Shown here piece by piece: positions 11,121 through 25,257 of a stretch of 64,000 nt of DNA (its first letter is position 1; each line of letters starts with the position of its first letter). The translations under genes were made by a program, and so were the position numbers. The notes under the pieces were generated by a model, which did no database searches, was not told the origin of the DNA, and saw nothing but the letters and a program-made list of their open reading frames with translations. This stretch comes from Phallusia mammillata (lineage: Eukaryota): contig OZ281499.1 of NCBI GenBank assembly GCA_965637545.1, forward strand, positions 10,292,001 to 10,356,000. The letters run 5' to 3'.

Positions 11121-13761
11121 TTTCAGGGTTTGGTTTACATAAATTTGAAATATATCCCTACTAATGGTGTAGGTCACAAATTTGATTTCAAAATCAGCTA
11201 AAAACTCCACGTATGGCACCTATACTGTTTGTTTCTTATTTGCAATAAATCACATAAAAAATGACTCCCCAAACTTTTTTCGCGAGCCACATCATCGTAA
11301 ATCGACACGTAGATGCAGCCAATCGGCACTTAAGGAGGTATTTGGCGTGCCAAAGCCATTCCAGTCAAAGTCAATTTTCTCGTGATATTTGAGGCGTGGG
11401 GAAGTGGAATCATCCAGAAGCTACAAGGTAAATCAGAATTCTGTGTTTCATGTATGCTACACAATAGGAAATAACATGATAGTATATAGCTTATGTTGGT
11501 ATTTTATTCAAGGTGGAAAGGTGGTACCTGCATTGCATACTAATTTGTTATGAATTGCATATTAGTTACGATGTACATTTTAACATATACATGTTCATAC
11601 ACTTAAATAAAGCACCAAAAGAATGTTACTGATATCGTAATGTTTTATTAGTCTCAAATGCAATATGAAAACGTTTTGCCAATAAATTACGTTTTTACAA
11701 ACACAAATAATTGCACATTGAAACAGTACCATATAACATCTAAAATAACTAGCTTTCTATTGTTGTGCTGGTATTAAAAAACGAACTTAACCAGCAACTG
11801 TTTATGCCTGCGAGAACAATTCACTTCACAAGACCATTGCAACAGAACGTGCTTTAGGCATTGTGATGTCATACACGCACACGCCGGCGCTTTTTTTAAA
11901 TAGAGGCCGCACGTGAAATCTGACGCGCGTTCTAGAGATTCGGCCTTTAGGGTCACTAGTAGCATTCTAAATTATTTGCAAGAGTTTGCACAACCTGTAC
12001 GCATTAACTAATGAAATATTTTTTTGCAGAACCCGAAGTTCTTCTGCACATACGATCTCTTCAACTTCCATTCATCGTCAACAAACAACTTCAAATATTT
12101 TACTTGTATGTCAGCATAGGAGTATGTCGTGGGTCAACCGCGGGGATTACAAAACTGTTAGGTCTAACTTAGGTTAACTGGCGCTAGGGTTGAGTATCCT
12201 ATTCTTTTTCCGAGAAGGGCCCGTAAAGGAAGTCCTTCACGGCAAAAGAAAGGCCCAAGTCTATAGGAGTGCTATTATTGTCAGCCAGTTGGCGCTATAG
12301 GGCTAGAACTAGAGTGGCACTTTTTAAATAGGTTTAGGTTAGGCAACATAGGTGGGGAACGCTTGGGATTCGCGCGCCACGTAGGGACTTTACCTTAGAT
12401 CGATTTTTAGCTAGGCGTGGCGCGTTGATAAAAGGCTTTAGCTAAAATAAAGTGCGCTTAGAAGCACGGCCTTGGCATGGTCTCCACCGCATTGCATTGG
12501 CCGCGATACAGGCGGGACCTAGTAACGGACACCGCTATTTCCAATGAAAGCCCAGGCTCGTGGGCTAGAGGAGACCGGCTTTGCATTTAGCCCGAAAACT
12601 CCCGTGAACCATCCTGGTAGGGCGCAAACTGTTGTTACATTTTTGCCCAGCCCTGCGTTTGCATAAAAAATGGGTCCTGGGGGGACTCGGAGGGCAAGGG
12701 CAGTGACGTGATGTTGTTGAGTTATACGCCTTAAAACGTCACTGTTCCTTTTAAAACATTTTGCTGCGCCTATGCTAACTGTAAATATAGGGATTTTGTG
12801 GACATTTTGTTGGGTTTTGACCAGCTTGTTTTATCCATGCTTGTACATCCGGCTCAGGGTTTTCTTTACTAAAAAGATGCCGCGAATTGGATATCAAACA
12901 TGTGATGTAATAACTCCTGTTTTTCGTAATGTAATTTTATTGCTAAATGGAAATTTCGCGGAATAAAAAGCCTTCAATTTCCCCATTTTGCTGGTCAAGC
13001 CTTTATTTTTTTGCGGAGTTAGGCTTACATATTATGTATACTTACTTCAGTTCCGTATTTCCGCTTGACTTGGCCACCCAGTCATCATGGGGCAATGTCA
13101 TTTTGGGTGGTTGAAAACACGACAGACTCACTTTCTACTTTTTCTAGGCTAATCTGCGGCGGTTGTATGCAGGGCAGGTAGTTCAGACAAGTTTGTGCAC
13201 TTTCACGTCGGCCGCGCAGGGACGATGGCGGTTCCAACGTTTTTTCAGAAACTCATCGAACGTAGATGACCGACTGATTTCTCTTGGAATTAAACGACAT
13301 TGTCACAGTTTAATCGCAATTTATAATGTCCAAAAATGGTAGTTCGATTTCACTGTCGTTTTCCCTCTTTCATCAACAAACCGAAATGTGGAGTCCACTT
13401 TTTCTATCCTTTCATTTCTTTTTAAGTAGACCAGTTCTTGGGGGGTGTTGTGCGTTTTACATCAGCCGTCAGGTTCTTCATGTTTTTATGGTGCATTTTT
13501 CATCGCCCGTCGCACGTTCTAACTATGCGAACCGCCATCGTTAAGTTTTAGAACTTAAAGTTTAGTTGTGACAGAAATCAGGTTTTGCTGTTGTCCATCT
13601 CCAAATCAATGTTAAAATGTAAGTTTCTTTCTGTTTTCGTTTGATTTATTGCTGAATGCTAACTTTGTTCTGTTTTTCAGGTTTGGAGTCATAATTTTGA
13701 TTTTAACATTTTCAAATTTCTTCAAAAAATGATAAAACGTATTTGAAACCTTGCTATACAT

Positions 13762-14571
13762 CAGGGGTGTCCAACCCGTGGCCCGCGGGTCACATGTGGC
13801 CCGCCGGAAGGTTCTGAGTGGCCCGCGTAGTATTTTTTGAAATGACTCTTATTGGCAACTTAATCGCTTACGTAATTTATAGCGAACTTTTATTCTGAAA
13901 AATTGGCATTTATTATTTGCTATATTTTTTGTTAATAGAGTAGTAATACACAACTGTTCACGTTACTTTTATTGCGTCACAATGCGCATTGTTACGCATC
14001 ACAATTTTCATATTGTTACTTCACAATCTGACTCGTGCTTCAAGAGTCAGTCAGTAATGTTTCTTGGTTCATTGAGATGCATCTGGAAACGCATTTAGCA
14101 GTTAAACATCTTCCGCTCTCTGCAGTGATATATATATTATGCCAAACAGGAAACAAAAAAGTAACGCTAACAGAACTTTCCAAGAAAGGTTGACAAATCC
14201 CCTGCGTGATCAGTAATTTCTGACAGCAATATAGAAAAAAATCGCTTCGCACTGCTCCATAGTCCATCTCACCGAATATTGCCAAACTTGTTAGAGAAAA
14301 ACAGTGCCAAACTTCACTTTCAAATGTCGACGTGTGGGAAAAACTTTGTTGACTGTACTATATCTTGGTGTGTTTATTGTTCTTATAACTGTAAACGAGG
14401 ATAATACACATTTCTAAGATTATAATTTCGGTGTGAGGATTTTAATTAGAAATTATAAGACAGCTATTTCTAGGATTCCAAACTAGCAGTTAGCCAGTAA
14501 CACTTAAGTGGCCCGCGCAATGATTCGTAAACCGCATGTGGCCCTTTGACCAAAAAGGTTGGACACCCCTG
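13762..14571. mobile_element. hAT (Charlie/Buster-like) MITE
   Basis: TIR CAGGGGTGTCCAACC ... GGTTGGACACCCCTG. GGCCCGC subterminal motifs. Partial TSD CTATACAT/CTATAAGG. Confidence 0.85.
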
Positions 14572-16339
14572 CTATAAGGTACCTGCAGCTAACAAGGCCC
14601 ATTAAAAAACTATTGCGTATAACTGAAAAACCATTTAACCGTTCCAGGCCAAATTCGGCATGATTGTTGCAGAGGTTGATATTAAACATCCATTAAATTT
14701 TGGGGGCGTTTGCAAGTTTTGTTTTTGTAGGATAACAGTTTAAAAAAAATTAAAACTTGGGCCTTAATACAAACCTATGCTGTTAATAAAGCCCAACATT
14801 TTCATGTTTTTAAAAATAGTCTAGAAACCAATCAGACTCATTTATACTTTGCTTCGGTCAAATAAAAGTTCAAACAAGCAACGTTATTAACTTATATTAC
14901 ACATATACTGTTAACTAAGACATATAACTGTTAATCTGAAGGTACTAAAAAAGAATAAACGACCCCTTGACGTTTGATAACCAAAAATACTAAACGAAAG
15001 ATTACTTCCACAAACATCTTATTCGGACATTTTATCTACCTAAGAAAGCAAAAAAGCAAATTTTGTGAATATCAGTCGCTTTTACTATAAAAGAGACTTG
15101 AGAAAATAACAAATTATCGTTGGGCCTTATTGCAAGCAATGCCTGATAAACAAAACCGTAATAAAATTTATTTGAAGTAATTCTTTTTTCCAGATCGGAT
15201 AGCCTAATGCTCCAATTAAACTAAAATGACCCCATTTATAATATAGCTTAATAAGTTTTCATTTCGACAACACAACCTTTTCATTTTTGCTATCAATTTT
15301 AACAAAAAATAATAAAAAGTTGAAAATAAACCCTTCTTAATTTGGATTGGTCATGATAACAATTACATATAACTTGCAGATCCAAAACTTTGTAAATAAT
15401 TTTAAGTACATATATATTTTAAAATTACATCAAAACGGAAGCATTTTTTCTGGCACATAAAAAAATATGAGCAGTGGGCCTTATTACCTTCCGGGCCTAT
15501 ATACCTTCAGGTACCTTACATGAATTTTCATGTAGGTTTGAAATTAGTATTTCTATTATTTTACATCATAGAACTTTATTTTCGCAAGTTTAACCTTATT
15601 TTGTTTTGTTTTTCAGATTTTGTCCCATTAACTCCCATTAACAAACAGTTTTGTTTTTCAGATTGCTTTAGGATTTTTGTTTGCAGGTTTTAGGCATTTT
15701 CCAAACACATATTTATTTAGGTTTGGGGCTACATTATTAATTATTTTTTACATTTCAAAGTGATCACGAAACTTCTTGTAGGTGTTGGGGAAAAATATTA
15801 AACTAAACAGTTTTGATTCCAGTTTTTAGGTGTTTAGGGATTTTCAATGTGTTAATAATATTTTTTTGACTAGTAACCTATATGAATGTTTAAGCATCGT
15901 AAAATACCTAAATAAGTTACCAATTGTCTTTTTGCAGGTTTACCAAACATTGTTTTTGTTTTTCAGCTTTTTAAGGTTACAACAGACTTAGAAAATTAGG
16001 TTTCATGCTTCTACAGGTTTATTTAGGATACTGCCATTTTTACTCCTGCAATAAAGAGAGGATAATTATGAAAAAAATTATAAGTCCAGCATAAGTATGT
16101 CCGTATTTTCTAAATTGTTTTTGACCCTTGTACACGTAATAAGATAAGCACCCGAAAATGTTTTTCTTGAAGCCGATCAGATGACGTCACACTTTGATCC
16201 AGCAAACAAGGGGGACGGAAATTTCAACCTAAAAGGAAACAGGTAACTTCATTTGAGTTGATTTACTTCATTTGAGTTGATTTAAAATTATAGGACCAGG
16301 CAATCAATAATGCCTAAATGCAAACAAGTCGGTTACTGG

Positions 16340-17476
16340 TATACTGCAAGTTTGAAACAGTAATCAACCTAACCATTAAAATTACCACCAACAGAACGAA
16401 AATGAAATTGTTTAATAATATTTGCACTTATTTGCCCACATTCTCCCTGTGTAAACGCTTACAACAAACTTGTTTAACAATTCATTTTAACTAACTTTAT
16501 GTATTAACTCAATACAATTTACATTTTCCAGCGCGTGAAGTACAAAAAAAAAACAATAATAGGATGGTGGCACAACATGGAACTTTGGTGCAAAACGTGG
16601 ATGCGTTTCTATCAACGCTCCAAGACCAGATAAAGAGTTGGATGAGCTCTCCAACCCACTTCTCTGGCCTTTATCAAAACTTTGTTAACTCGCGCGTGAG
16701 TTAATACAGCGATGGTTCTTCTCGCCAACGAAATCTACTCTGTTCATATCGAAGGCAAGCAGTCGTTGTTTAGCGAATTTGGCTTTGAAATAATTTATGG
16801 TGATAGGTTTATCAAAGATCCTGGAACAGTGACTGAGGAACTTCAAGACGTTCTGGACAATGGAAAGACTGTAAGCGTTTTTTCGCACGTTCAATCAAAA
16901 ATTCTATGAAAATGTTGGAATGAACTTTAACTGGAAGTGATGCTAGGCTGAAATTGGTAGCTAAAAACGTGTCCCTTCTGAAATAAAACAAATGATAAAA
17001 ACTTGTTGTTGTTTTGTCGCAAATGGTAAAAACTTGTTGTGTGATTACACAATTCTACAAAGTTAGTACTATTAAACAGACTTTTGCTACCACGCAAAGC
17101 GCAGTCGTACACTGGTTTAAGAAAACCTTCCGATTTGGGTATTATAAAGAGCGAAAAGAACGTTTGCGCGAGAAAGTCAGCTTAATTTGTAACTTTGTAA
17201 AATGTTTCCTCTCATTTTTGAATTTTTGGTTTCCATTATAAAATTCGCGGGAAATGAATTGCTTTAGCTTTCTCGTTTGCATTTCCAAACATGCTTGGAT
17301 TTGTACGTGCATTTCTCAGGTCACATAAAAATATTGTTGTTGTCTACCCTCTTCCTCCCAAAAAGACGTTACTAGTGTAAGCATGCAACTTGCCGTTTAA
17401 TAAATTTTGGAACATGTAAAGTCATTTTTTGTAATTTTGTAACCAACATTATTTTGATTCAAGTCGTTTTTACATG
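16340..17476 (+). pseudogene. Decayed partial genomic duplicate of the sulfotransferase last intron end, last exon and 3' flank
   Basis: Aligns by eye with about 8950-10060, including intron sequence and the acceptor (TTTTCCAG|CGCGTGAAGTAC at 16531). Has a poly-A frameshift, a stop, and a deletion of about 185 bp corresponding to about 9451-9635. Confidence 0.9.
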
Positions 17477-17524
17477 CATGCGGCGTAAACAAGAAAACTC
17501 TATAGCTTGGAGTGGTATTTCAAC

Positions 17525-17820
17525 TAGAGATGTACCGAATATTCGAATTTATTCTGCCGAATCGGCCATTTTTGCAAGGATTCGGTTTCGGCCGAATAAT
17601 CTGTTGCGATTCGGCCGAAACCGAATCTTATATGAACACAAATTTAAAGCGTAAAACGTGTCTTTTCTGCTCCATAAGGTACCACACCATATATCAAACT
17701 ACGCCATAACTTAAATAACGTCAAATTCTATGACTTTTTAAGCATACTCAGTTTTGCCACCCCAGATAAAAGTATGTAATTAATTAGCAGGCTGGCAACC
17801 ATTGCGAGGCAACCTTAAAC
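17525..17820. mobile_element. TAG-terminated hAT-like MITE fragment (CCGAAT/ATTCGG-rich)
   Basis: Starts TAGAGATGTACCGAATATTCG. Shares internal sequence (AAACTACGCCATAACT...ACGTCAA) with 30509-31253. Confidence 0.6.
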
Positions 17821-18977
17821 ACCACAGGACTGAAACACAGCTATCTTGTTGTGTGGCACAGTGCTCTTTAACCTTTTTGGTTTGGTGAACCCTTAAAAGT
17901 GTTGAGAGGAACTCATGCACCCTGTTTACTTAAAAGGTAAATTGAGGTAAAAAAAGCGATATCAAAATGGCGTGGGCTGTTTGGTCTCGACGTACATTAA
18001 CGGGCAGCCGCATTTTTGATGTAAATTAACGTCAATCCACACTCTGCGCAAAACGTCTTTTAACGTAGATATATCTGTATATATACATCAACCGCACTGA
18101 AAGTGTTAGACATCAACATTTTTTTAAAATAGAGAGGACACCGGTCATCCATTGTGGTGCAATTACCTTGTACGAGACTGCATGGTTTGCGTTTATTAGA
18201 GTCTGCTCTATGTGCTGTCCGCATGAAAGTGATCATGTAATAGACAACTAACTAATATATGTGTTTTTTGTAAGGAAGTTTACTGATAATATGCAAAACT
18301 GTCTACGAATGTATTTGAGCTGTGTAAAGACTTCAGTTACTGGTGTGCATTCTGTGTTATTACGATTTACTTGTTACTGTACCAGTTATTAACAACACGT
18401 TGTCTTATATTATTGTAGCAAGTTCAAGTTTGACCTGCATACATTATGTTGTGCATTATAGAGCTGCAACCCGGTTTATTTACCGATAAGGTGGTGTGCC
18501 TAATAGCGTCGTTATTTATGCTTTACTTGAATGCATAATTATGTCAAAACCAGTAGGGCAAGATTCAACGCCATTTACATGTGTGACGAAGTGGCTCGGC
18601 TGCATTGAACGCCGTGCTTATGGTCAACCTGTGATTGAATACATAATTATGTTAATTATAATCGAAAAGCTTAGGCAGATCAAAGTTTAGTATATTGCTT
18701 CTTACTGTACATATGATTGTCTGACGTATGGTGTCGCTGTTGCTCATTGTGATTTTTACTTGTGGCGTTTCTTTGCAGAAAACCGCGTTTATTGCGCTTG
18801 TCATTCAACCTTGATCTGATAAAATTATTTTGCTCGCACTGGCAGTTTATCCAGACTCAGCACTGAAGGTGCGACGCTACACAAAGTAAGGACAGGAGCT
18901 TATCTGTAAAATGCATCAAACTTTGTAATGCACGAGGAACCACACGATATTTTTGACTGTCATTAAGGATGTCAACC

Positions 18978-19598
18978 CAGGGGTTGGGAACCTGTGGCCT
19001 AAAGGCCACATGCAACCTTTAGGGCACTAAGTACGGCCTTCGATGTCGAATTAGTTTTAGGATCTTGAAATTGCACGCTGCACCAGTAAAAGAAACAAAA
19101 ATGTATTTTTTGAGATTTTTTATTATTTCCCATTACTATTTGATCAGTTCTAAGGCAGCGGTGTTCATACTAGAGCCAATGGTCCTATAGTGGTTCACAA
19201 AGCGATTTCTGTGGGACTACCAAGAGCTCTACAATCCTACTTGTGTCACAAAAAAACAATTGCTTGCCCAAGACTATCTAATGTCTAAGACTTCTGTGAT
19301 CTCAGAAGCTGCCCTTAGTAGGTCATTGATATGCGCAAACAAGTGCATCTACAAGTGAAGTAAATCTTGAATGTTGTAGTGAAGGGGGATATGTAGTGTA
19401 TGGGAAGTTTGTTTACCTTTTTTTCAGCTTGGACCAAAAGCCCCATGATTCTGCAAGAGAAAATTACACAACGACCAAACTGTAAATCAAAAAGTTTGAA
19501 CACCACTGTCCTAGGCCTGGGAAATAGTCTGTGCGGCCTACACGAGTGTCGATGAAACGTTTAATGGCATTTATGAACAAAAAGGTTTCCCGCCCCTG
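18978..19598. mobile_element. Degraded hAT MITE
   Basis: Ends CAGGGGTTGGGAACC and GGTTTCCCGCCCCTG; GGCC subterminal motifs; TSD eroded. Confidence 0.7.
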
Positions 19599-20160
19599 TT
19601 TAACCCAATGCCCACTGTTTTGCCACTAGCAAATAAAGTGAAGTAGCCACCGTTCAAAAAATAATAAGTATAGAAAGACTACAATAGAGGTTTTTTTCCC
19701 CGGAGCGTACCAATCCTCACATAATTAAGCGGACCGCATAAATTTAGTCTCGCAATATATCATATTACGTTTGTGGGTAAAATAGCTTTTTATTGGTTCG
19801 TCTACGGGTGGTGAAGTAAAAGAGTAAATTCATGTGCTGGGCGAAGATGATGTTACCAATGACGTCCGAAATTTCGTTGCCACATAAAAGTGAACCGCCA
19901 AGTTTAAGTATCAGCAAAAAATCATACCTACATGGTCTGTTTGACGGAGACTAAATTTCCTATTCGTTGCAAACGTCATATTTAAATATTTGCACACCGG
20001 TTACAAACCCACACAAATCATGTTCACCTCGCGTAAACACCTAACACAGCATTTCTTCGACTGCAAGAGGTATTTAAAAAGTTTCAGCAAAATTTGTGTT
20101 TAAAAGTTTCAGACCGTTTTAGTTGAAATTACAACTTTCCGTCAACAGCAAGCTTTCAAA

Positions 20161-23100
20161 ATGCCCCTCAACGGCACGGTAAAAGTCCGAACTGAAGACC
20201 AGATTGCGAAAAGGAAAATTAAACGAACTTACATATTGATATGTGTTGGCGTTGTGCTTTTGTTCTGTGGGTACAGCTCAATGATCTTGCTTCAATCAAG
20301 CATCAATATCGTGGGTGGACTTGGTAAGATTAATTGTAATTAGTTTAATACACTAAAGCAAATTCATTTGACTGCAGCTGGTTCAGAATTAGATTTTAAT
20401 GTTTGTTGTGCTGTCAATGCCGTAGCTTCTCTCGATTAACTTTTAATAGACGTGTAAAAAATTCTGTAGATAGTGTGACATTTTTTATCTTCTATGTGTT
20501 AAAACTCAAGTTATTTTGTTTTCGTCTTAAAACGTTTTCGTCCTACAGTTTCAAACAACGTATAAAGGCGTAGGACACAATTGCAATTGAAAAAAAAACA
20601 TATGTTTAGAATCATTACTGTTTCAACAGGTGCAAAAGCAACTGCAGTTAACTACGGAACTTCAATTTTCTTTGGTATCTTTGTCGTTCCAATTATTATT
20701 CGACTTTTTGGGTCGAAGAAATTAATGATTGCAAGTGAAATTGTTCATATTGCCTACGTTCTTGCGAATGCTTATCCAAGTAAGTTTTGTAAACGGTTTG
20801 ATAAGTACTTTGCACGAAAGGTTTTTCTCATATATCTTAATCCACCTAAAACATGTGATTAGTTCAGTTTAATTTGATTGTTTATGTTTAACAAAACATT
20901 GCACTTGTTTTTTTGGTTACGTTTTACGTTTCTTTGAATGTTACTAGACTCAGTTCATGCGACATTAACGTGTCACAAAATGTTGTCACCGTGCTAATAG
21001 AAACAGCACATTGTTGTAAACGGGCCTGAAATTGGAGCCCAAACCCGGCATCTACCCGAAAGTACTTTAAAAAAACCGTTTAGGCCCGAAAGTTTGATTG
21101 GCAGGCCTATACATTGAAGCCACAGGAAAGACAATAAAAGTCAATTGATCTGGAAAAGGGCCGTTTTAAGGCTGTTTGACATTAGGTGAAGCCCAGCAAC
21201 TAGTTACTTAGCTTGTTAAATTTATTCAAAAAAATACTGACACAGAGTGTAAAGTCAGGTCCGAATCAAGCCCGTTTGTTTGACAAAACCTAAGCCCGAA
21301 CCCGGCCCGAAAGTCCCGGCCCGACTTACAACTCTGTATCTGCATATCATCAGAACAATGGCTTTTGATGATCGTATCAGTGATGGTTGGTTGTGCCGGA
21401 GTAATGTTTTGGACTCCATGCGGACTTCTTTTCAGCTATTATGGGCACATCTATCACAAACACTCGAAGAAAACAGAAGATACTTGTGTACGAGAATTTA
21501 GTGGAATTATGTTTGCGCTCTACCAGTTAAGTATGGTAAGAAAATTTAAGCTATTTAAAATATCAGTTTACATTGTTAAGTGACTATGAGTTCAGAAACT
21601 ATCTGACATAAGAAAACAATAGCAAATGCCTTTTTTGAAAAGTTTCGGTGTAATAACGTATATATGTTTCTTTCTAAGTAGACACGTGTACGCCTCTAGT
21701 TATGGCACAAACAAATTAGCTGCTGTGACTGTTAGTGTGTATTGTAGACGTACATCTACCATGTTACTACAGATTAGATGATAAAGCGCGACTCGTCGAT
21801 AGGCTTCTGTCATGGGTTCGAATCCCATCGACGTCTAGATTTTCCTGTTATGCGAAGGCATTGCAAAAATGGCTATGTCGTAAACGCTGCTCTGCATAAG
21901 CGCTTCAGGGCTGATCCCAGTTATAATGCTTTGTTGTTCTTAGTTGAAACTTTATCAGTTCGATTTCGAGCATACAGGCGACGTTTTATGTTATCTTGCA
22001 GATATTCGGTAACATATTTGTCTCCACTATTCTCCATTTTCTAAAATCATCTGATGTCAGCAACCCACAGAACCTTGACTATTTCTCCAATTCGACCACA
22101 ATGATGACTCAGCTCAATACCACTGAATCGAATGTTGAAGTCAACCGCTACCTTCACTGCGGGGCTAACGACTGCCAAGATCCAGACAAAATTCAACAGC
22201 ACATCGACAATTATGTTCCAAACAGTCCCATAGCAATTTATGTGCTGATTTTAACCTTTGTTGTAGTGATGATATCAGGTACTGAAGCATGCATACATGT
22301 AATTCATTCGTTTTGACGAAAATGATTTCTGGACAGTCTACCAAATAGTTCCATTAATTTAATTCAGTGGTTTTCAAACTTTTTCATATTTTTTTCAAAA
22401 CGGTCCCTTAGCCGTTATTTCGAGGGCTCGCGGTCCTTAAGCCTGAATGTGTATTTTAGTAAAAACGAAAGTTGATTGCAAGATTTTAGCTATTTATGTA
22501 AATTTGCGCATAACAATGATCCAAAGATAGCTTGTGACAACAAAGACAAGATAAAAACATTACGATTGTGCGCGAACAATTGCATTTTTTAGTTGTCATG
22601 CAATAAAGGCTATTGCTTGGCAATGGAGACAGTCGATTCTCAATTCTACTTTGATTTAAACTGATTCCGTGCCACAAACTGATGCCAAATGAGATTATAA
22701 AAGTACTTCAACCTTTTCGCGATCCCCGCAAAATTGCCTCACCCCCTAAAGGACCGTGCATGGACCCCAGTTTAAAAACCGCTGATTTAATTAGTAGTGA
22801 AAGAAACACTTACGGAGTAAATGTATTTGCTTTTTCGCACACGTTTAACTTGTAAAGACAAAATTCACAAGACGATATCCAAAATATGAATTAGTTTGTT
22901 ACAGTACACATATGTATTTTCAAACACGATTAGTGTATTGGGTGCAAACTAGCATTATAAAACGTTCATTAAAAAAAATTGTTACACATTTGATATTGCC
23001 CTCCATGTATAAACATGGTTACAAAATATTAATAAGAAATAAAGTTTGCTCGAACTTTAATACTATATTTAGGCTGCACATTGCATATTTGTCTGATGCC

Positions 23101-25089
23101 TGATGTGCCGATGAATTTTATTTCTGGAAAGTTGCAATTCGTCCCTGATGATGAAATGGAAGACCTGGAAAAAAATAACGACACAAATCAGGATGAAAGA
23201 AGCATGGAGCAGCCAAACAAATTTAAACAAGTATTTCATTTTGAGTCTCAAATGCTTTAATTTTGCGTCATAACCAAAAAATTTAAGTAAGACATGCTTT
23301 ATTTTGCTAAAGCATGTCGCTTTTTACGTCTATTTTGGCCGTTATTTTCACCTTTAAAATTATACACAGATCCGTATATAGTGTTATTAAGTAAGAAAAA
23401 ATGTTAAAATTGTAAGTTGTATTTGCTTATGCGCAACGCAAATGGTATATATTAAGGATTTTTAATAGCAATATATAACGATAGAAATATACGAAAAAAG
23501 CGACATGCTTTATTACTCAAACATATGAGGCTTCTTTGGTTACAACGGTTAATAAATACTTAAGTCACATAAATATTTAATTAAGTTGTTCGAAACAATT
23601 CGCAAACAACAATAGATTAAATGGATTTTCATTTCCTAAATTAACATTATTGATGTTTACAGATTTTTCAAGATACTTGTACATCGTTAAAAGACATTTT
23701 CTACAGATGCATTGACATTCGACAAATTCTTATGTACCCAATAAATATTTATTTGGGAATAGAAATCGGATTTCTATATTCCGAGCTAACACGTGCTTTT
23801 GTTTCTTGCATCAAAGGTGTTAGCCAGGTAAAAGAAAAATAAGTATGCTCTCTTTTTTATGATGCAATGTTACTATTTTTGTGTCACATTTTGAAAGTTT
23901 ATTTGGCATTTTAGAAACAATATATTGGGTAATTACTATACTTTCCTTTTTTTCAAAGATTGGCATTTGCACGATCATCAACGCGCTCGCCAATGGTATT
24001 GTAAGTTACGTAGGTGGAAGAGTGCTAGGAAGATTTGGTATGAGAGGAATGTTGGCTTTCGCATTTATTGGTGATGCTGCTATTTACATTCTATGTGCTG
24101 TTTGGGTCCCCACTGAGGACACGGCTTGGCTCGTCTACTTAATCTTCATCATTTTGGGATTTACTGGTGGTTGCTGGAACTTGTTGGTGCCAAGTAAGTT
24201 CGTTGGTGTCAGTATTGAGCTTTTTCACATTTTAAGAAATAATTTGGACAAATCTGTACACTTCTGCAATGACCCATCAATACTTAAATAACAGAACCCT
24301 GGTTTAGTTGGACAATGGCAAAACTCTATATACTACAGTAGGCTATACAAAACGTATGTCGTAGCATAGAGGCAAAACTCTTCAGTACTCCCACTAACTC
24401 GAGAAAAACCATCTATTGATTGCCGAATGGAGATTTTATTTTTCGCTGTTACTTAATAAACTGGAATGCCGTAATGTAGCTTCATTAGCTCATACATACG
24501 GCCAATGCCTTGTCACCGGCAACACTCATAAGACCATATAGGCCAAAACAGTGTGCACTATCTGCAGCGTACTTAGTTTTCACTTTCGTTATTTTAGCTG
24601 TTAAGCACCACCAACATAGCTAAATTCTTTACAGTGTTTTTGTTTCACAGACGCTTCGTTTCCTACGCATCTTATGTTTATTAAATTATTTGTTGCAGAC
24701 TTGTACGCGGAAGCTTTTAAAGAAAACCGTGAACTCTGCTATACGATGTGGGTTAGTCTCTTCTCAATTGGTTTTGCTCTTCAGTTTGCTTGGAGCACTT
24801 CTATATGCGTTAGAGACAAAATATTTGTTCAACTTGGATTACTTGTACTAACCGTGATAAGCGTCGGTAAGTACACATATTTACTATGGTTTCAAAATAA
24901 ATATATTTTTGGTTACTGCGACCAAAGGAACTTATACATAAATTGCTAAAAAAAACTCGTAAGTTTAAAAAATATTAGTTTGTATGTCTGCAATGAAAAA
25001 AATGCAATAATATTAACATAATTTAATGATATCTCTCTATTTGTTCAGTATTGCTACGACGCAGAATGAAGAGGACTATTGAAATTTAA
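20161..25089 (+). CDS. UNC-93-like (UNC93A-related) MFS-type multi-pass membrane protein, 9 exons
   Basis: Exons 20161-20323, 20630-20779, 21354-21535, 22002-22278, 23073-23230, 23663-23827, 23959-24193, 24699-24866 and 25049-25089 join in frame through GT-AG introns. UNC-93 hallmarks: LLF.GYSS...LQSSIN..GGLG, CGANDC and ELTRAFVSC..GV. Many hydrophobic segments. The last exon is the least certain. Confidence 0.85.
21020..21336. mobile_element. MITE fragment of the GGCCCGA-rich family ending GACTTACAACTCTG
   Basis: The same terminus occurs at 27837 (CTTACAACTCTG) and 38226 (GACTTACGACTCTG). Shares GCCCGAAAGTTTGATTG-like sequence with about 38050. Confidence 0.65.
21745..21985 (+). mobile_element. 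tRNA-derived SINE (degenerate) in UNC-93-like intron 3
   Basis: Pol III B-box GGTTCGAATCC at 21815-21825 within a CATGGG/CCCATCG stem. The body GCTTCAGGGCTGATCCCAGTTAT is shared with 3804, about 33735 and 61729. Confidence 0.6.
22365..22784. mobile_element. hAT MITE in UNC-93-like intron 4
   Basis: Ends CAGTGGTTTTCAAAC and GTTTAAAAACCGCTG. Perfect TSD ATTTAATT at 22357-22364 and 22785-22792. Confidence 0.85.
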
Positions 25090-25257
25090 TCGACTTAGCG
25101 ACTGCAGTTTATTGCATTTGTAAAAAGCATTTGTTGACTTCTCTTCTCTATTAAACATGTAATTGTCTCTGACACTGTAGTGAATAAGTTTACAGCTATA
25201 AAAATAGTAACTACCAATGTATAGAGCTCTATTCTGGCAAAATCGCATTCAGTGTTA

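Noticed and set aside
13050-13545. Coding-looking minus-strand stretch (LPFLDI, FDEFLKKRW words)
   Set aside because: All frames are interrupted by stops and no family could be assigned.
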